Origin: Octopus bimaculoides
Lineage: Eukaryota
DNA: 64,000 nucleotides
Direction of reading: 5' to 3'
NCBI RefSeq assembly: GCF_001194135.2
Contig: NC_068992.1
Span: 10,394,506-10,458,505 of the forward strand
The notes below the pieces were generated by a model. That model saw only the letters and a list, made by a program, of their open reading frames with translations, did not search any database and was not told where the DNA came from. The position numbers and the translations under genes were made by a program. Below are positions 12,818-26,445 of the stretch, piece after piece; position 1 is the stretch's first letter; every line of letters starts with the position of its first letter.

Positions 12818-13322
12818 AAAACGATTAAAAAAAAAAAAGACATTGACAGGTGTGAAGGAACAACAAACAGAGTGTATTAGTTTGACACTCATAGAAAATG
12901 GAAGAGTCTTTGATGTTTTGAGCCTACATTCTGCTTCAGAAAGGAATGAAAAGAGAAGACAGATGGAAAAAGGAAAAAAATGGAGAGACAAAAAAAAAAA
13001 CGTGCTTGCATTCATGGTTGCAAACACACACACCTGCACATACACATGGACGTACACATGCACACTCACATACACACATCTATATATAATAGAATATTAT
13101 ATTAATAAAAGTATTTATTTAGATAACCCTTGTACATATATTTCCATAATAGATACTTGAAAAATATTAAAAAAATAATACCTATCATTTCCTCAGCAAT
13201 TGAAATGTAAATAAAGTTTTAAAACCAAGTAAAATATAGCATATGTTGTTACAAGTAGAAGAAGACAAACCATACAGTTGATGTAAACAAAAAAAAAACA
13301 TGAAAAGATACACATGCATACA

Positions 13323-13361
<39 letters not shown>

Positions 13362-13534
13362 GTATATTATATTTATATACATAAAGTTAATATGTATATG
13401 TATATATAAGGTTAATGTTTATTTTTTATAGTTAGTTATAATAAAAACATTCTATACACAAAGCAGAAAACGAATAGCTTTCTTAGGCAGCAAGTCAATA
13501 AATATACTTGCAAACAGGAATTACTTCTTGTATA

Positions 13535-13730
13535 CTGCTACAACTCCCTGTTCCAAACCATTCTTCAGGATGAAAGAAAGACAGACAATCCTGGTTTGAT
13601 AGCATCAAGGACTGGACAGGTCTCAATACAGAGAACTTGCTACATATGTGAGAAAACAAACACCTGTGATAACAGCTGATTATATGAAAGGGTCTAGTGT
13701 GACACCCCAACGACTGGCTGCATCAGTTAA
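13535..13730 (+). pseudogene. decayed RTE-clade ORF2 C-terminus and 3' end (separate family)
   Basis: ILLQLPVP..SG*KKDRQSWFDSIKDWTGLNTENLLHM*ENKHL* resembles GRQ.K.W.DNIK.WTGL motif. Confidence 0.5.
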
Positions 13731-13789
13731 GGGATCTTGATCATAACCTTGAGGAGGATATTATAAAAACAATTTTACATTCAGCAAGT

Positions 13790-14106
<317 letters not shown>

Positions 14107-14124
14107 AGAATCAGAAGAAGAGGA

Positions 14125-14348
14125 AAATTCTTTCTAAATTTGGCAAAATGCCAGCGAATTTGATGGGGTGGGGGAAGTTGCTTACACTGACCCTTGTACT
14201 CACCTGGTACCTATTTCATTAACTCCAGTGGGATGAAAGACAAAGTTGACCTTAGAGGCATTGGAAGTCAGAATGTAAAGAGTTGGAAGAAATGCTACTA
14301 AGCATTTTGTCCCAGGTGTTAATGATTCTGCTAGATTTTCTACCTTAC

Positions 14349-14350
<2 letters not shown>
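14125..14350 (-). mobile_element. SINE family B, followed by (TAG)n
   Basis: TTTCTAAATTTGGCAAAATGCC...GATGAAAGACAAAGTTGACC...AATGATTCTGCTAG...CCTTACTAGTAG. Confidence 0.75.
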
Positions 14351-14409
<59 letters not shown>

Positions 14410-15149
14410 TGATCATCAGTAATCAGAAACTCTGTCTGAAACATTGAATGTTTTTTTTAAAATTTTTTGTTTATGTCGTAACCTGACCTGACATACCTGG
14501 TTTGTAGGAAGGTTTTAACAACATGCAAATATTCAGATTTACAAAGGTAGTGGTAGTTGTAGTAGTCGAAATGGTGGTGGTGGTGGTGAGATAAAGAAAA
14601 AATTATTCACACCTATGATAGCTTGAAAAATGTGTAGAAATGCAAAAGTATGTAAAAAAATGAGAAAACCACAAAATAAGTAGAAAGAAAACTGAATAAA
14701 TCCTAGACAATTTTATTTTCTAGAATGAGTAAGAATATAAAAGGAGAAGAAAAAACAGAATCAATACATTACATAAAAAAATATAGAAATTATTGTTGGA
14801 AAGAGAATTATTTTTTTTGTCTGGATTTTAGTTTTTTTTCAATTTTATTTGTATTGAATAGAAAAATATTTAGATTTGAATCTGTATTTTTATTGTTTTT
14901 TTTTTTTTGTTTTTTTTGCCATAAAGTTTCATACTTAGGAAGAGAAATAAGAAAAATATAAAAGAAAATAAATAAAAAAGCAGTAAAGAAAAATAGAAAT
15001 TTCTTTTCTCGTAAAGTAATTAACTCTGTGAATTCCATGGAGCTGGAAGGTTGTGGAAAATTAATGATGATAAAAGCATCTCTTTGGCATTTTTCCTTGG
15101 CTGCTGTCAGTCAATTTGGTATGGAATTGTGGCTTCCAAGGATTGGTGT

Positions 15150-15800
15150 ATGGGAGAAACAAGAGCAAACAACACTGGAGGAGAGGAAGGAGAAAGGGGA
15201 GAAGGAAAATTGAATGAATGAGGGAGAGAGAGAGAGAGAGTGAGAGATAGAGTGAGAAGGAGGATGGAAGCAAATGAGAAATGAAGGCAATGGTGAGAAG
15301 GCAGCTAAGAAAGAGAGTTTACTGAATGAGAAAGATGAGTTGGATAGAGAGGGAGAGTGAGAGGGGGAGATAAGACAGATAGATAGAGAGAGGAAAGAGA
15401 TGGGCTCTTGTAGAGATATAAAGTGTGTGTGTGTGTGTGGGTGTGTGTACACAAAGAAATTAAAGAGGAAGGAAGAAGGAAGAAAAAACATCTGAGGAAA
15501 GAAATGAAGAAAATGGATGGAAGAGAGAGAGAGGAGGGGAAAGAAAGTGACACTGAACGATAGAGATTATTGAAAGAGAATGAATGAAATACAGGGATGG
15601 GTGTGGAGAAAGAAAGAGAGAGAGAGAGTGTGTGTGTGTCCATGTGCGTGTGTGAAGGAATCAGGAGGCAAAATAGAAGTGCAGGTGTAAGAAATAAAAG
15701 GAAAGAAATAATGGGAAAAGAACAAAGGAGAATAAATGAGAAAATGAAAGAATCTTGGAGCAGGTGGAGATATATAAACCAGAGAAAGAAGAGAGGTAGT
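15150..15800. repeat. purine-rich (GA/GAA) low-complexity tract
   Basis: strong + strand purine skew with (GA)n runs. Confidence 0.8.
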
Positions 15801-16752
15801 TGGATTATATATATTTCTGTATATGTGTGTGTATATGTATATATGTGTTTATGCATCAGAGTATTAGAGAGTGAAGATAAGTTGGAGACATTGTGTAAAG
15901 GTAAAGAGGAGAAAGGTGCTCCATCTCAGATTACCTTCATTCTCTGATATTGTCGTATAACAAATTTGATGTGTGTTTATAATCACTTATTTTGTGTTTT
16001 GATGTGTGAAGGCATTGGAATATTGCCCATTGGATATTTAACTACTATTCTTGTCATGCCTTTGGACATACTGCATCTTTGCAAATACCGGACAACCACA
16101 AATGAAGCAGTCTTTTGGTATTGTTGTTTGAAGAAGAAGTATACTTCCCCCAACACCTACGGAAACAAAAACACAATGTAGCACATGTCTTAGGATCATG
16201 GAGCTCTACCTAGCGATGCAGTAGAAATGTGTATGAAACTATTTAATAATAATAATAATAATCCTTTCTACTTTAGGCACAAGGCCTGAAATTTTGGGAG
16301 CAAAAGTCCATTATGAACCTGATTTACATATGTGTGTGTGTGTGTATTTATGTACATATATCCATCCATTCATCCATCCATTTATCTAGCTGTCTCTCCA
16401 TCTGTCTGTCTATCTATGTGTGTATGTATGTGTGTGTAATCTCAAAATATTCTTATTCCACGCATTTATATAAAACTGTCTCCAACATGTCAATAGCACA
16501 AACATATTTTGTATTCATGTTATTCCACTTTTGTTTACACAATTGCAAGGTGATAACTTGTTGATTTCAAAAGGTTCCAGTAAATAATCAAGTTTCATAT
16601 TTCTCTAGAATTAGTCATTATCACACTGTAAGCTAATTTCACAAAGAAAAGGCAATATGTAGACATGGAACTTGCTAATTAAGGAAAAGTGTGCACCTTA
16701 TAAGAGGGTACAGCACACCAAAAAATGTATGGCTGAACAAATATATGTACAG

Positions 16753-16802
<50 letters not shown>

Positions 16803-16879
16803 GTAAGATCCAGGGATTGAAGTATGGGAAGAAAGTGAGCTTCAAGCAATCCGTAGTAAATATAAAAAACAACTTTCAG

Positions 16880-17285
16880 GAAGAATAGTGATTCATTGGT
16901 GTGGAAGGAGCTATGGCAATATGGAGCTATAGCAATATGAAGCTATGGCAATATGGAGCTATGGCAATATGGAGCTATGGCAAAGAACGAATCAAGTTTC
17001 AATTAAGGAGCAAATATTTAAGAGAAAGTGGAAGTGGATTGGTAGCACAATTAGAAAGGACACACCAAATGTAGCGAAAAGTGCTTTACAGTGGAATTCG
17101 GATGGATATAGAAAGAGGGGTAGGCCTAAGAACTCGTGGCATAGATCAACACAAAAGGAACTAGAGAAAGGGGGACATTCATGGCAGAATATAAGTACAG
17201 AAGCGAAAAGTTATGCGACATGGAATTCAATTATAAGTGACCTATACTCCGCGTTGGAGGGTTAAAGGCAAGAAAGAAGAAGGTT
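16880..17285 (+). mobile_element. 5'-truncated RTE-clade LINE, ORF2 C-terminus and A/GAA-rich tail
   Basis: ELWQRTNQVSIKEQIFKRKWKWIGSTIRKDTPNVAKSALQWNSDGYRKRGRPKNSW...: classic RTE C-terminal motifs (WKWIGHTLRK, GxRKRGRPK). Confidence 0.85.
16907..16983 (+). repeat. 16-bp minisatellite GGAGCTATGGCAATAT x ~4.8
   Basis: units start at 16907, 16923, 16939, 16955, 16971. Confidence 0.95.
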
Positions 17286-17415
17286 GTGAATTTTTCCTGT
17301 ATCGAAGTACAATAAGCTGAAAATATTATTTTATATTTGACAGTTGGTAGCCAGGGTTGCCAGGTTTGCAAATAAAAACCCAAAAGTTAAGGAATGGAGT
17401 AGATAAAATCCAGCC

Positions 17416-17635
17416 TTTCGTAGTGAGCAGAACCTTGGAAGTGGGAAATATCCAAGCAAGGTGTATACCACAGGCTGTACTTCAAGCCAAGGGTATCTTG
17501 ATTATATGAAGTTTACCTTGGGAGGCCCATGTTAAAACACAGAGGATTTGATCAGAATGGATTCTGATTGAATACTCCTGTGGTATACACCTCACTTGGA
17601 TATTTACCACTTCCAAGATTATTCTGACTATGAAA
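17416..17635. mobile_element. foldback / MITE-like element with long terminal inverted repeats
   Basis: 17434-17474 vs 17577-17617: 41-bp inverted repeat with 3 mismatches, extending with indels to ~17416/17635. Confidence 0.6.
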
Positions 17636-18862
17636 CATATGTAACCCAGATTTCATCTACTCCATTCCTTAACTCTTGGAATATATATATATATAAATGT
17701 ATGTATGCATGTATGTACATATGTACGCACGCATGTATGTGTGTGTATGTTGTATGCATGTACCACTGTATGTGTTTTCTAATAAGAATAGAAAGAAAAA
17801 AAGGGAGAAATCAGTCATTTCCATAGTGCTGTAACTGTTTACAGTAACGACCCTATATCATATGTCACATGTTGTGGTACCTACTTATGGCTAAGTAGAA
17901 TGAGCCCTTCAGAGTAGAATCAATCCCCTCATGCAATCATCATAGCATAGAGCTACCTGTAATATGATTTAACTCCTTGAATGCATCCACCATATTTTTC
18001 TTAACCTGTATCTTTTTCAAACTCAGCCATTTTGTAGCTCTGTAATAAGGTCAGCCACCAGATTTAGAATAATTGCACCTTAGACTAAACCATTTAAAAC
18101 CATGAAATAAAGAATTTATGAAAATTTACTCCCATGGTGGTGTTACTAGACAACTTTGCAATTAGCAAACTCAAAACCAATAGGAAGTACATTTTTTTAC
18201 TCTCCTCCCAATTATTTTTCTCTCCTCCCAATTTTTTTCTTTCTTTTTTTTTATTTTTTAAATTTAATTAATTTATTTATTTGTTCTTTCAATTTTGATT
18301 AAATGAAAATTCTGAAGCAGCACAACTTCCTACTCTATCCACCCCCCCCCCAAAAAAAAACTGAAAAAAGTAGATTTACACATGTACACAAACACACACA
18401 CACACACACACACGCAAAAAAAATTTCCACTAATTGATGTTAATTAATTACTTAATCAAAATACCGCCTTTTATGTTGGTGTCGATGATGGGAATTTGTG
18501 GTGTAATTAATAGAAAATAAGTTAAGATAACTGTGTTTACAATAACATTCTGATGCGTTCAGTTACACATGAGCTGAGTTGAGACAGTGATGACAATAAC
18601 AGCGTAATCATAACAACTACTTAAGAAAGAAGAAGAAGAAGAAGAAGAAGAAGAAGACCAAAACAAACAATATAAGATATGACAATAAGAAGAATGCCTT
18701 AATAAAGTCACTACAGAAACAAAGGCATAATAACTGTGAGCCAAAATATCAATGTAAACAACCAAAATAAAAAGACAAACAATAGCAAAGAGGACAACAA
18801 AAACAACAAACACACTACAGAAAAATCAGACTCAATAACAATAGCAGACATGAATAATAATG

Positions 18863-18922
<60 letters not shown>

Positions 18923-18930
18923 GTAATAGT

Positions 18931-19151
18931 AATCCTGTCAACTAAAGGCACAAGGCCTGAAATTTTGGTTGGGGTGTGGGGTAGTTGATTATATCGATCC
19001 CAGTACATAATTGGTACTTATTTCATTGACCCCCAAAAGACATAATGCAAAGTGGACCTTGGGAGAATTTGAACTTAGAATGTAAAAACAGACGAAATTC
19101 CACTAAGCATTTTGCCTGGTGCAGTAATGATTCTGCCAGCTCACCACATTA
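18931..19151 (-). mobile_element. SINE family B, full length, (TAA)n on both sides
   Basis: AATCC...AGGCACAAGGCCTGAAATTTTGG...AATTTGAACTTAGAATG...GATTCTGCCAGCTCACCACATTAATAAT. Confidence 0.85.
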
Positions 19152-19187
19152 ATAATAAGAGTAATGATAATTATAATAATAATAACC

Positions 19188-19357
19188 AAATGCCCTAGAC
19201 TTGCCCAAAACCACTACAAGTTGTGGCAACACGATCAGGTAGTGAAAGTGCTACATTGGAAACTGCGAAAAGTAGGGGCTAGAGAGAGGCAAGACGTGAT
19301 ATGAGTAAAAATCGCAGAGAGTGACGGAGTCAGAGACTAGCTAAATCCTCTGGGATG
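19188..19357 (+). pseudogene. R4/Dong-type non-LTR fragment (end of CCHC knuckle, RHD motif, ILWD)
   Basis: KCPRLAQNHYKLWQHDQVVKVLHWKL / EK*GLERGKT*YE*KSQRVTESETS*ILWD. Confidence 0.8.
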
Positions 19358-20073
19358 TGTAATGTCAGTGTGCATACATGACAGAGTGTAAGCGCCCCGA
19401 GAGAAAAGTTGGACATAAGAAACATCAGATGTGGTATACAAGAGAGATGACTGCACTGGTATGGTCATGTGTTGCATATGGATGAGGAAAGTTGTGTGAA
19501 AAAGAGTCACACCCTAGCAGTAGAGGGAACCTGTGGAAGTGGTAGACCCAGGAAGACGTGGGATGAGGTGGTGAAAAACGACCTTCGAATGTTGGGTCTC
19601 ACAGAGGTGATGACAAGTGACTGAGACCATTGGAGATATGCTGTGCTTGAGAAGACCTGCCAAGCCAAGTGAGACCATAACTGGCTTATGCCAGTGCAGC
19701 ATAACTGGCCCATTTAAGTGTACCCTTCAATCATTGGGCAATAAACTGCGCTTGCAAAGACCTGTTGAGTCAAGTGAAGTCATTGTCATGACAGTACTAC
19801 CTCATTGGCACCCATGTCAGTGGCACATAAAAAGGACCATTCGAGCATGGTCGATGCTAGTACCGCCTGACTGGCCCTCGTGTTGGTGGCATGTAAAAAG
19901 CATCCATTACACTCTCAGAGTGGTTGTTGTTAGGAAGGGCATCCAGCTGTAGAAACTGTGCCAGATCAGATTGGAGGCTGGTGGAGCCCTCTGGTTTGCC
20001 AGCCCTCAGTCAAATCGTCCAACCCATGTCAGCATGGAAAGTGGACGTTAAACGACAATGATGATGATGATGA
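19350..20073 (+). mobile_element. 5'-truncated RTE-clade LINE: ORF2 C-terminus, 3' UTR, (GAT)n tail
   Basis: WMCNVSVHT*QSVSAPREKLDIRNIRCGIQER*LHWYGHVLHMDEESCVKK...GRPRKTWDEVVKNDLRMLGL...AVLEKTCQAK*, then UTR and the tail shared with many short copies. Confidence 0.9.
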
Positions 20074-20166
20074 TATATATCTATGTATGCATACATACAT
20101 ACATATATATGCATATGTATGCATATATATGTGTGTGTGTGTGTCTATATATATATATACATATAT

Positions 20167-20472
20167 TACCGCCTGACTGGCTCCCGTAGGATTTTCGAGC
20201 GAGATCGTTGCCAGTGCCCCTGGACTGGCTTGTGCGGGTGGCACATAAAAGACACCATTTCGAGCGTGGCCGTTTTCGTGCGGGTGACACGTAAAAGCAC
20301 CCACTACACTCTCTGAGTGGTTGGCGTTAGGAAGGGCATCCAGCTGTAGAAACTCTGCCAAATCAGACTGGAGCCTGGTGTAGCCATCTGGTTTCACCAG
20401 TCCTCAGTCAAATCGTCCAACCCATGCTAGCATGGAAAGCGGACGTTAAATGATGATGATGATGATGATGAT
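20167..20472 (+). mobile_element. young RTE 3' UTR/tail copy
   Basis: CpG-rich; about 3 differences over ~140 nt versus 53578-53756. Confidence 0.9.
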
Positions 20473-21035
20473 ATATNNNNNNNNNNNNNNNNNNNNNNNN
20501 NNNNNNNNNNNNNNNNNNNNNNNNNNNNNNNNNNNNNNNNNNNNNNNNNNNNNNNNNNNNNNNNNNNNNNNNNNNNNNNNNNNNNNNNNNNNNNNNNNNN
20601 NNNNNNNNNNNNNNNNNNNNNNNNNNNNNNNNNNNNNNNNNNNNNNNNNNNNNNNNNNNNNNNNNNNNNNNNNNNNNNNNNNNNNNNNNNNNNNNNNNNN
20701 NNNNNNNNNNNNNNNNNNNNNNNNNNNNNNNNNNNNNNNNNNNNNNNNNNNNNNNNNNNNNNNNNNNNNNNNNNNNNNNNNNNNNNGGGTGGGTGGGAGG
20801 TTTGATTCACCTTCGCTCGTCATCATCACTGTTGTTGTTATTGTTGTGGTTGTTAGCTTGGATTAGAACTTTTTATCATAACGATCATCATTGTGATCAT
20901 TAACATAATTATCATTGACATCGTTTTGCATCATTTCCACGACCATCATGAAAATCACCATCACCATCGTTTTTAACATTATCACCATCACAACCACAAC
21001 CATCAACACCACCACCACCACGGTCTTCACAGCTG

Positions 21036-21066
<31 letters not shown>

Positions 21067-21634
21067 TATGAAAGTCATTATCACCAGTGTTGCTCATTGT
21101 TATCTTTGCCATCATGATGACAAAGCCGTCCCTGCCCTAATCACCTATTATCCTGCAAATCTACATTAACGTGTTCAAATGCAACAATTCCATTATATAT
21201 ATATGCTGCATTCATATATATATATGTGCTAAACGCACACACACACGTACTAACACACACACATATATATATAAGAATATATATATATATACACACATGC
21301 ACGCATATACACAATATACATATATATTTAAAATAGTCCTTCATTTTGTAGATTGTTTTTCTATGATTTTTTTCTTCTCCTATTGTCTCCCACCCCTCAT
21401 CTCCTATTCTATATCCTACTCACACTGCTTCTGCTCATCTTCTGAATCCCTCCCCAAGTCCCCTTTCCACCCTGCTCCACCCCACCCTCCCCCTTGATAG
21501 TGGAATAAGCTATCTCTGAATATCTGAAATCAATTTTAATATAAAATAAGACACCAGAGATGGTAACTGAGATTAGGAATAAAGGTAAAGATAGAAATCG
21601 AGAGACAAGGAAAGAGAAAAGCAAAAGAAAATAT

Positions 21635-21677
<43 letters not shown>

Positions 21678-21712
21678 NNNNNNNNNNNNNNNNNNNNNNN
21701 NNNNNNNNNNNN

Positions 21713-21758
<46 letters not shown>

Positions 21759-21904
21759 AACAAAAATAGTAAATATATTGAAACAGAAAAATAGGCAAGA
21801 CAGAAAGAAAGAATGAAAGGAGGAAAGGGAGATTGTATAACAGAAGCCTCTTACAGAGATTCTATGTATCTGGTAGCTCTGGAAAATTCCAGTGTCTTAC
21901 TTGC

Positions 21905-22020
21905 ACTTTAGGTGGTGAATTTGTAGATTCGTTAAACTATTGGTATTTGTTTTGGTTCACTCTCACTATCATCTGAGTTCAAGTACCATTCAAGTCAACT
22001 TTGATTCTGGGGTCAGTACA
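21905..22020 (+). mobile_element. SINE family B, degenerate
   Basis: TAGGTGGTGAATTTGTAGATTCGTTAA...CTGAGTTCAAGT...GTCAACTTTG. Confidence 0.55.
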
Positions 22021-22699
22021 GAATGTCTGTCTGTCTGTCTCTTTCTTTTCATTCTGTCTCTCTCAAAATTCATTATAGAGTGCTGTGAGAAGATCATATG
22101 ATGGGTAGAGATAGAGGTCACTCTTAGTGCCCATTTTTACCCCTATAAATGGAAGAGAATTGAGCTAGGAGATAGCGATTCCATGCTCAATGTGCTACAA
22201 AAAGTGTGAGAGAAACCATTGAACATGGTTAGCATTGATGGACTGATGTGCTGTATGACATGGAAAGGTTTATATATATATATATATATAATTTCAATAT
22301 AATCTAGGTAATATCCTTATCGTGTGCTTTCCAAAGCTTGTTTCCAGGTATCAGCTAACAAATCTCATTATACAGTAGGATTTCACCTGTTACTGGATAT
22401 ATTTGTGGAAATCCACAAAGATCCAATGATTATAAGCAAAGAGTTTTAATAGAAAATGGCATGAACAGGTTTTTTTTACAAATCACTACAATTGTTTCAA
22501 TATATCATTAACAGCTGTTGATTACTGAATGCTACATATATTATACACAATATTGTATTATTCTGGTTCAACAATATTTGTACACATGCACATCCTCAGG
22601 TGATCAGAGTCAAAGCACTGCTCTATATACACATGCACTCACACACACACACACACATACGCACACATTCACACACACATACACACTCACACACACATA

Positions 22700-23052
22700 T
22701 AATCATCATCATCATTATCACCCATTTTCCATACTGGCATGGGTTGGATGGTTTGACAAGAGCTGTCCAGACTCCAGTTGTTTGATTTTGGCATGGTTTC
22801 TATGGCTGGATGCCCTTCCTAATGCCAACCACTTTACAGGATATGTGTGTTGGGGGGAGCATTGCCATAAAGAACAAGCCTCTATGTATGGATGACTATA
22901 ATTTTACTTAGCTTGACGTGTCTTCTCAAGTACAGCAAATTTCCACAAGTCCTGGTAACTTGTCATCTTCTTACTGAGGCCCAGCATCAGTGGATCCTTT
23001 CTCACCATTTTATCCCACATCTCCTTGAGTCTTCCCCTTCTGCAGGCTCCCT
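22700..23052 (-). mobile_element. 5'-truncated RTE LINE (ORF2 end and tail)
   Basis: GACRRGRLKEMWDKMVRKDPLMLGLSKKMTSYQDLWKFAVLEKTRQAK*, then GGAAGGGCATCCAGCC...CCCATGCCAG...(GAT)n on minus. Confidence 0.85.
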
Positions 23053-23403
23053 TCTTATATAATATATATATACATACATACATGCATACATACATGGGTG
23101 TGCCGCTGACGAAGCCCAGAGGCACACTCATGTACCTTAATTTTATCTACCAAATACTTCAGTTCACTGAAGGGATGGAAGTAAAGTGGGGTACTATGAA
23201 CTCTTGGCTGAAACAGCTGTAAAAAACTATTGTTCTATGTTATATATTTTAATGATTTCTGGTATTTTTATATATGTAAAGCATAATATGTTATACATGT
23301 ATGTATATTATTATAATTGTTTTTTTTTAAAAATGAATAGACATAATATAATGTCTAAAAGTTGATAAATACCACCTCTTGATCCCCTCCATTTTCTTAT
23401 TGC

Positions 23404-23453
<50 letters not shown>

Positions 23454-24841
23454 ATAATAATAATAAAAGATGGGCTTCTTTCAGTTTCTGTCAATGAAAT
23501 CTACTGCCATACTTAGTAATGAAGAGGTGAGGTCACTTTTTTACTAAAGGAGGATAAAGGCCAAGAGTGAGTAGGTGTGATAGATCTACCCACCTCTGTT
23601 CTCTAGCTTTGCTTGCGTGGTGTTATGATTTGGCATAAAATATTTCAACTTTTGCCAAAGAACAGATTTACTCAGTGTGACACATGATAATAAAACTATT
23701 GATTTCTAGTTTGGCAGTTAACTATATTCTTTTCATCAGAATTTTTATAATTGTTTTTAATTCATAATTTCTTTTTATGATTTATAATTTTTTTTCATAA
23801 TTTAGAATTTTTATAACTTTTTTAAGAATGCATTTTTCAGTTAATGTAGAAGAGGGTGATAGTTGGAGGAAGTTGTATAAAAAAGTTTTTAGAGTGGAAT
23901 ATGGGGTACACATTGTACTGCTTGGTGTTGGTGGACATTGTAGAGCTGGGAAGTGGGGACAGAGATATACTGTAGGGCCGGATTAGTGTGCTGAATACTT
24001 TGGTGCCAGACTTCCCTATGGAGGTTAAAGAGAAGGAGTGAGTAGTATCACTTGTTTATATGTATGTATCTGTGTGATTAGATATTACAACATGATATAT
24101 TTACTGTACAAATTTAAACAATAAAAAAAATACCAGGATTAAACATGAATTTTTACATTAAGTATTGATAACGATTGAATATCAAATGAAGTATGAATTC
24201 TTCTGGTAATTATTATAAGATTTTAAATTGTATGGTTAAGAGTGAAAACCTTAAATTTTAAATATTTCATAGAAAATACTTAGAAATAAGTTATAGTTGT
24301 GTATTCAATAGATATCCTTAAAAGAAAAGCTACTTGCTATTTCCCCATAAAATATATAAACTCAGAATAGAAACAGATTGAAACTTCATCTTGTAGTAAA
24401 TAAGGAGATACATTAAGATTTATATTATCTGATGAAGATAATGATTATTGTGTTGGCAATGATTCAAGTAAACAAATGTATTAAATAACGGATTATATCA
24501 ACATATGCTTTCTGATGAACGTTTATTTACTCTTCAAATGAATAACATCAACAAATTTTTTTTGTTTTAACTAATTTTCTTGATTTTTTTTTTGTGTGTC
24601 TTTATTTGTTTACTTGTTAACAACAAAGAGATTATGCTTTTTTTGTTTTGTTTTTAAATGATAAATCATTTTATGTCTTTTCATTTATTTATCTTCTTGA
24701 GTCAATCAGTTCATATTTTCGGAATAAAAGAATGAAATTCAATTTCTTTTAAGAGTCATGTTTCATAAATTTACAGCATTTTTCTGAAAAGAAAATTGAA
24801 ACAATTTTTTATTTAATTATATTTTAATTTCAAAATATACA

Positions 24842-24882
<41 letters not shown>

Positions 24883-25495
24883 ATTTCATTTTTATTTAGT
24901 AAAATGATAACACTATCTTAATGATTTTCAAGTGTACATAGAGTGAACGTTTAAGACAATGCATGAATTCTTTGTTTGATTTTAATTTTGTTTGTTTACC
25001 CATTGTTAAGAATTTTTTTATGGTGCCACAAAGAGTGATGGACTACCAGTGAAAATGGCATTGGTTCATATCCACTCACTGACACAACATGTGACCTTCA
25101 CCAAGACAAACAAAATATTCAATTACTTCACTTCATTTAGTTGTAAACAACTGTAAACATGCATATGAATACAGGTTATTCTTGTAGATAGTTGAAATTG
25201 TCTGTAATTTCTACCAAGGGTCAAATAGACTGTTATAACCATTCACAGATTTCTGTCAGGTCTCAAATTTGGGCCACACAATGGCCCTGGCTGCCGGTGT
25301 TTTAGTCAAGTGTATCAACTCCCACCACCTACTGTTTATCTCAGTCGGGTATACAGTTTATCAACCTCTGTTTTTTTAATCAGTTAAGTATAGGATATAA
25401 TGGAATGCAACTAAATATGATACATTTTTTATAGGGTACAAACATAAACAAAAATGATGCAGACATAAACACAAAATATATACACTTATGTCTGC

Positions 25496-25646
25496 TCTAC
25501 CGGTCATTCTCTACAACATCCGTTTGTGTTCTGACTGTCTTTGTACTGGAGCCATCCCCTCCTGCCTTTGCCCTGAACAGAAATTAATCTTCTCTCTTTG
25601 CTCCTTTGCAACAAATGGGCTCAAATCACCTCCTCTTTTCATCTGA
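25496..25646 (+). pseudogene. Penelope-like GIY-YIG C-terminus remnant
   Basis: STGHSLQHPFVF*LSLYWSH / EQKLIFSLCSFATNGLKSPPLFI* resembles the PLE end HFN..GHS...EQ.LIF.LGTL.P.GLN. Confidence 0.55.
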
Positions 25647-26136
25647 CACCAATCTCACCTCTTCTCTTCATTCGATACCAGCTCCACACACACTAGCACT
25701 GACCACTTCCCAGCACCCACACCACCCACCATCATCCACACACCCACACACAACCTTCGATAGTGTCACTTGCTCACTCACACAAGTTTTTTTTTTTTAC
25801 TATCAATGATGTTGAAGAGAAAGGTACACTTATGCTCCTTGACACCCATATCATCACAGGAATTGCCGGCCAACTGAAAAGAGAACAGTTAACACAAAGC
25901 CCTCTGTGTGAAACAAACTTTTCTGATAATCCACTGCTCAGGGAAAGTGAACATTAAATGAAGACATGGTTCCCAAGTATTTTAATGATGAAGAATCAAT
26001 TATTTGATGAGTGAATTATTTGTTCAGGGTTTGTAAAGCAAACTTCTTCATCATCCAGGCATGTTAATACTGTGTTTATATATTTCTCTCTCTATATATG
26101 TGTGTGTGTGTGTGTGCATGTGTATATATATATAGT

Positions 26137-26445
26137 GAAGGTGCATGGCTCAGTGGTTAGAGCGATGAGCTTACAATCTTGAGGTTGTGAGTTCGATACC
26201 TGGACTGGGCTGCATGTTGTGTTCTTGAGCAAGACACTTTATTTCATGTTGCTCCAGTTCACTCAGCTGTAGAAATGAGTTGCAACGTCACTGGTGCCAA
26301 GCTGTATCAGTCTTTGCCTTTCCCTTGGATAACACTGGTGGCGTGGAGAGGGGAGGCTGGTATGCCTGGGCGACTGCTGGTCTTCCATAAACAACCTTGC
26401 CCGAACTTGTGCCTTGGTCATTCATGACCAAAGGGGGTTGCCCTT
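26137..26445 (+). mobile_element. tRNA-derived SINE with Meta-like core
   Basis: A-box TGGCTCAGTGG 26146-26156; B-box GAGTTCGATACC 26189-26200; core TGTTCTTGAGCAAGACACTTTATTTCATGTTGCTCCAGTTCACTCAGCTG. Confidence 0.85.
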
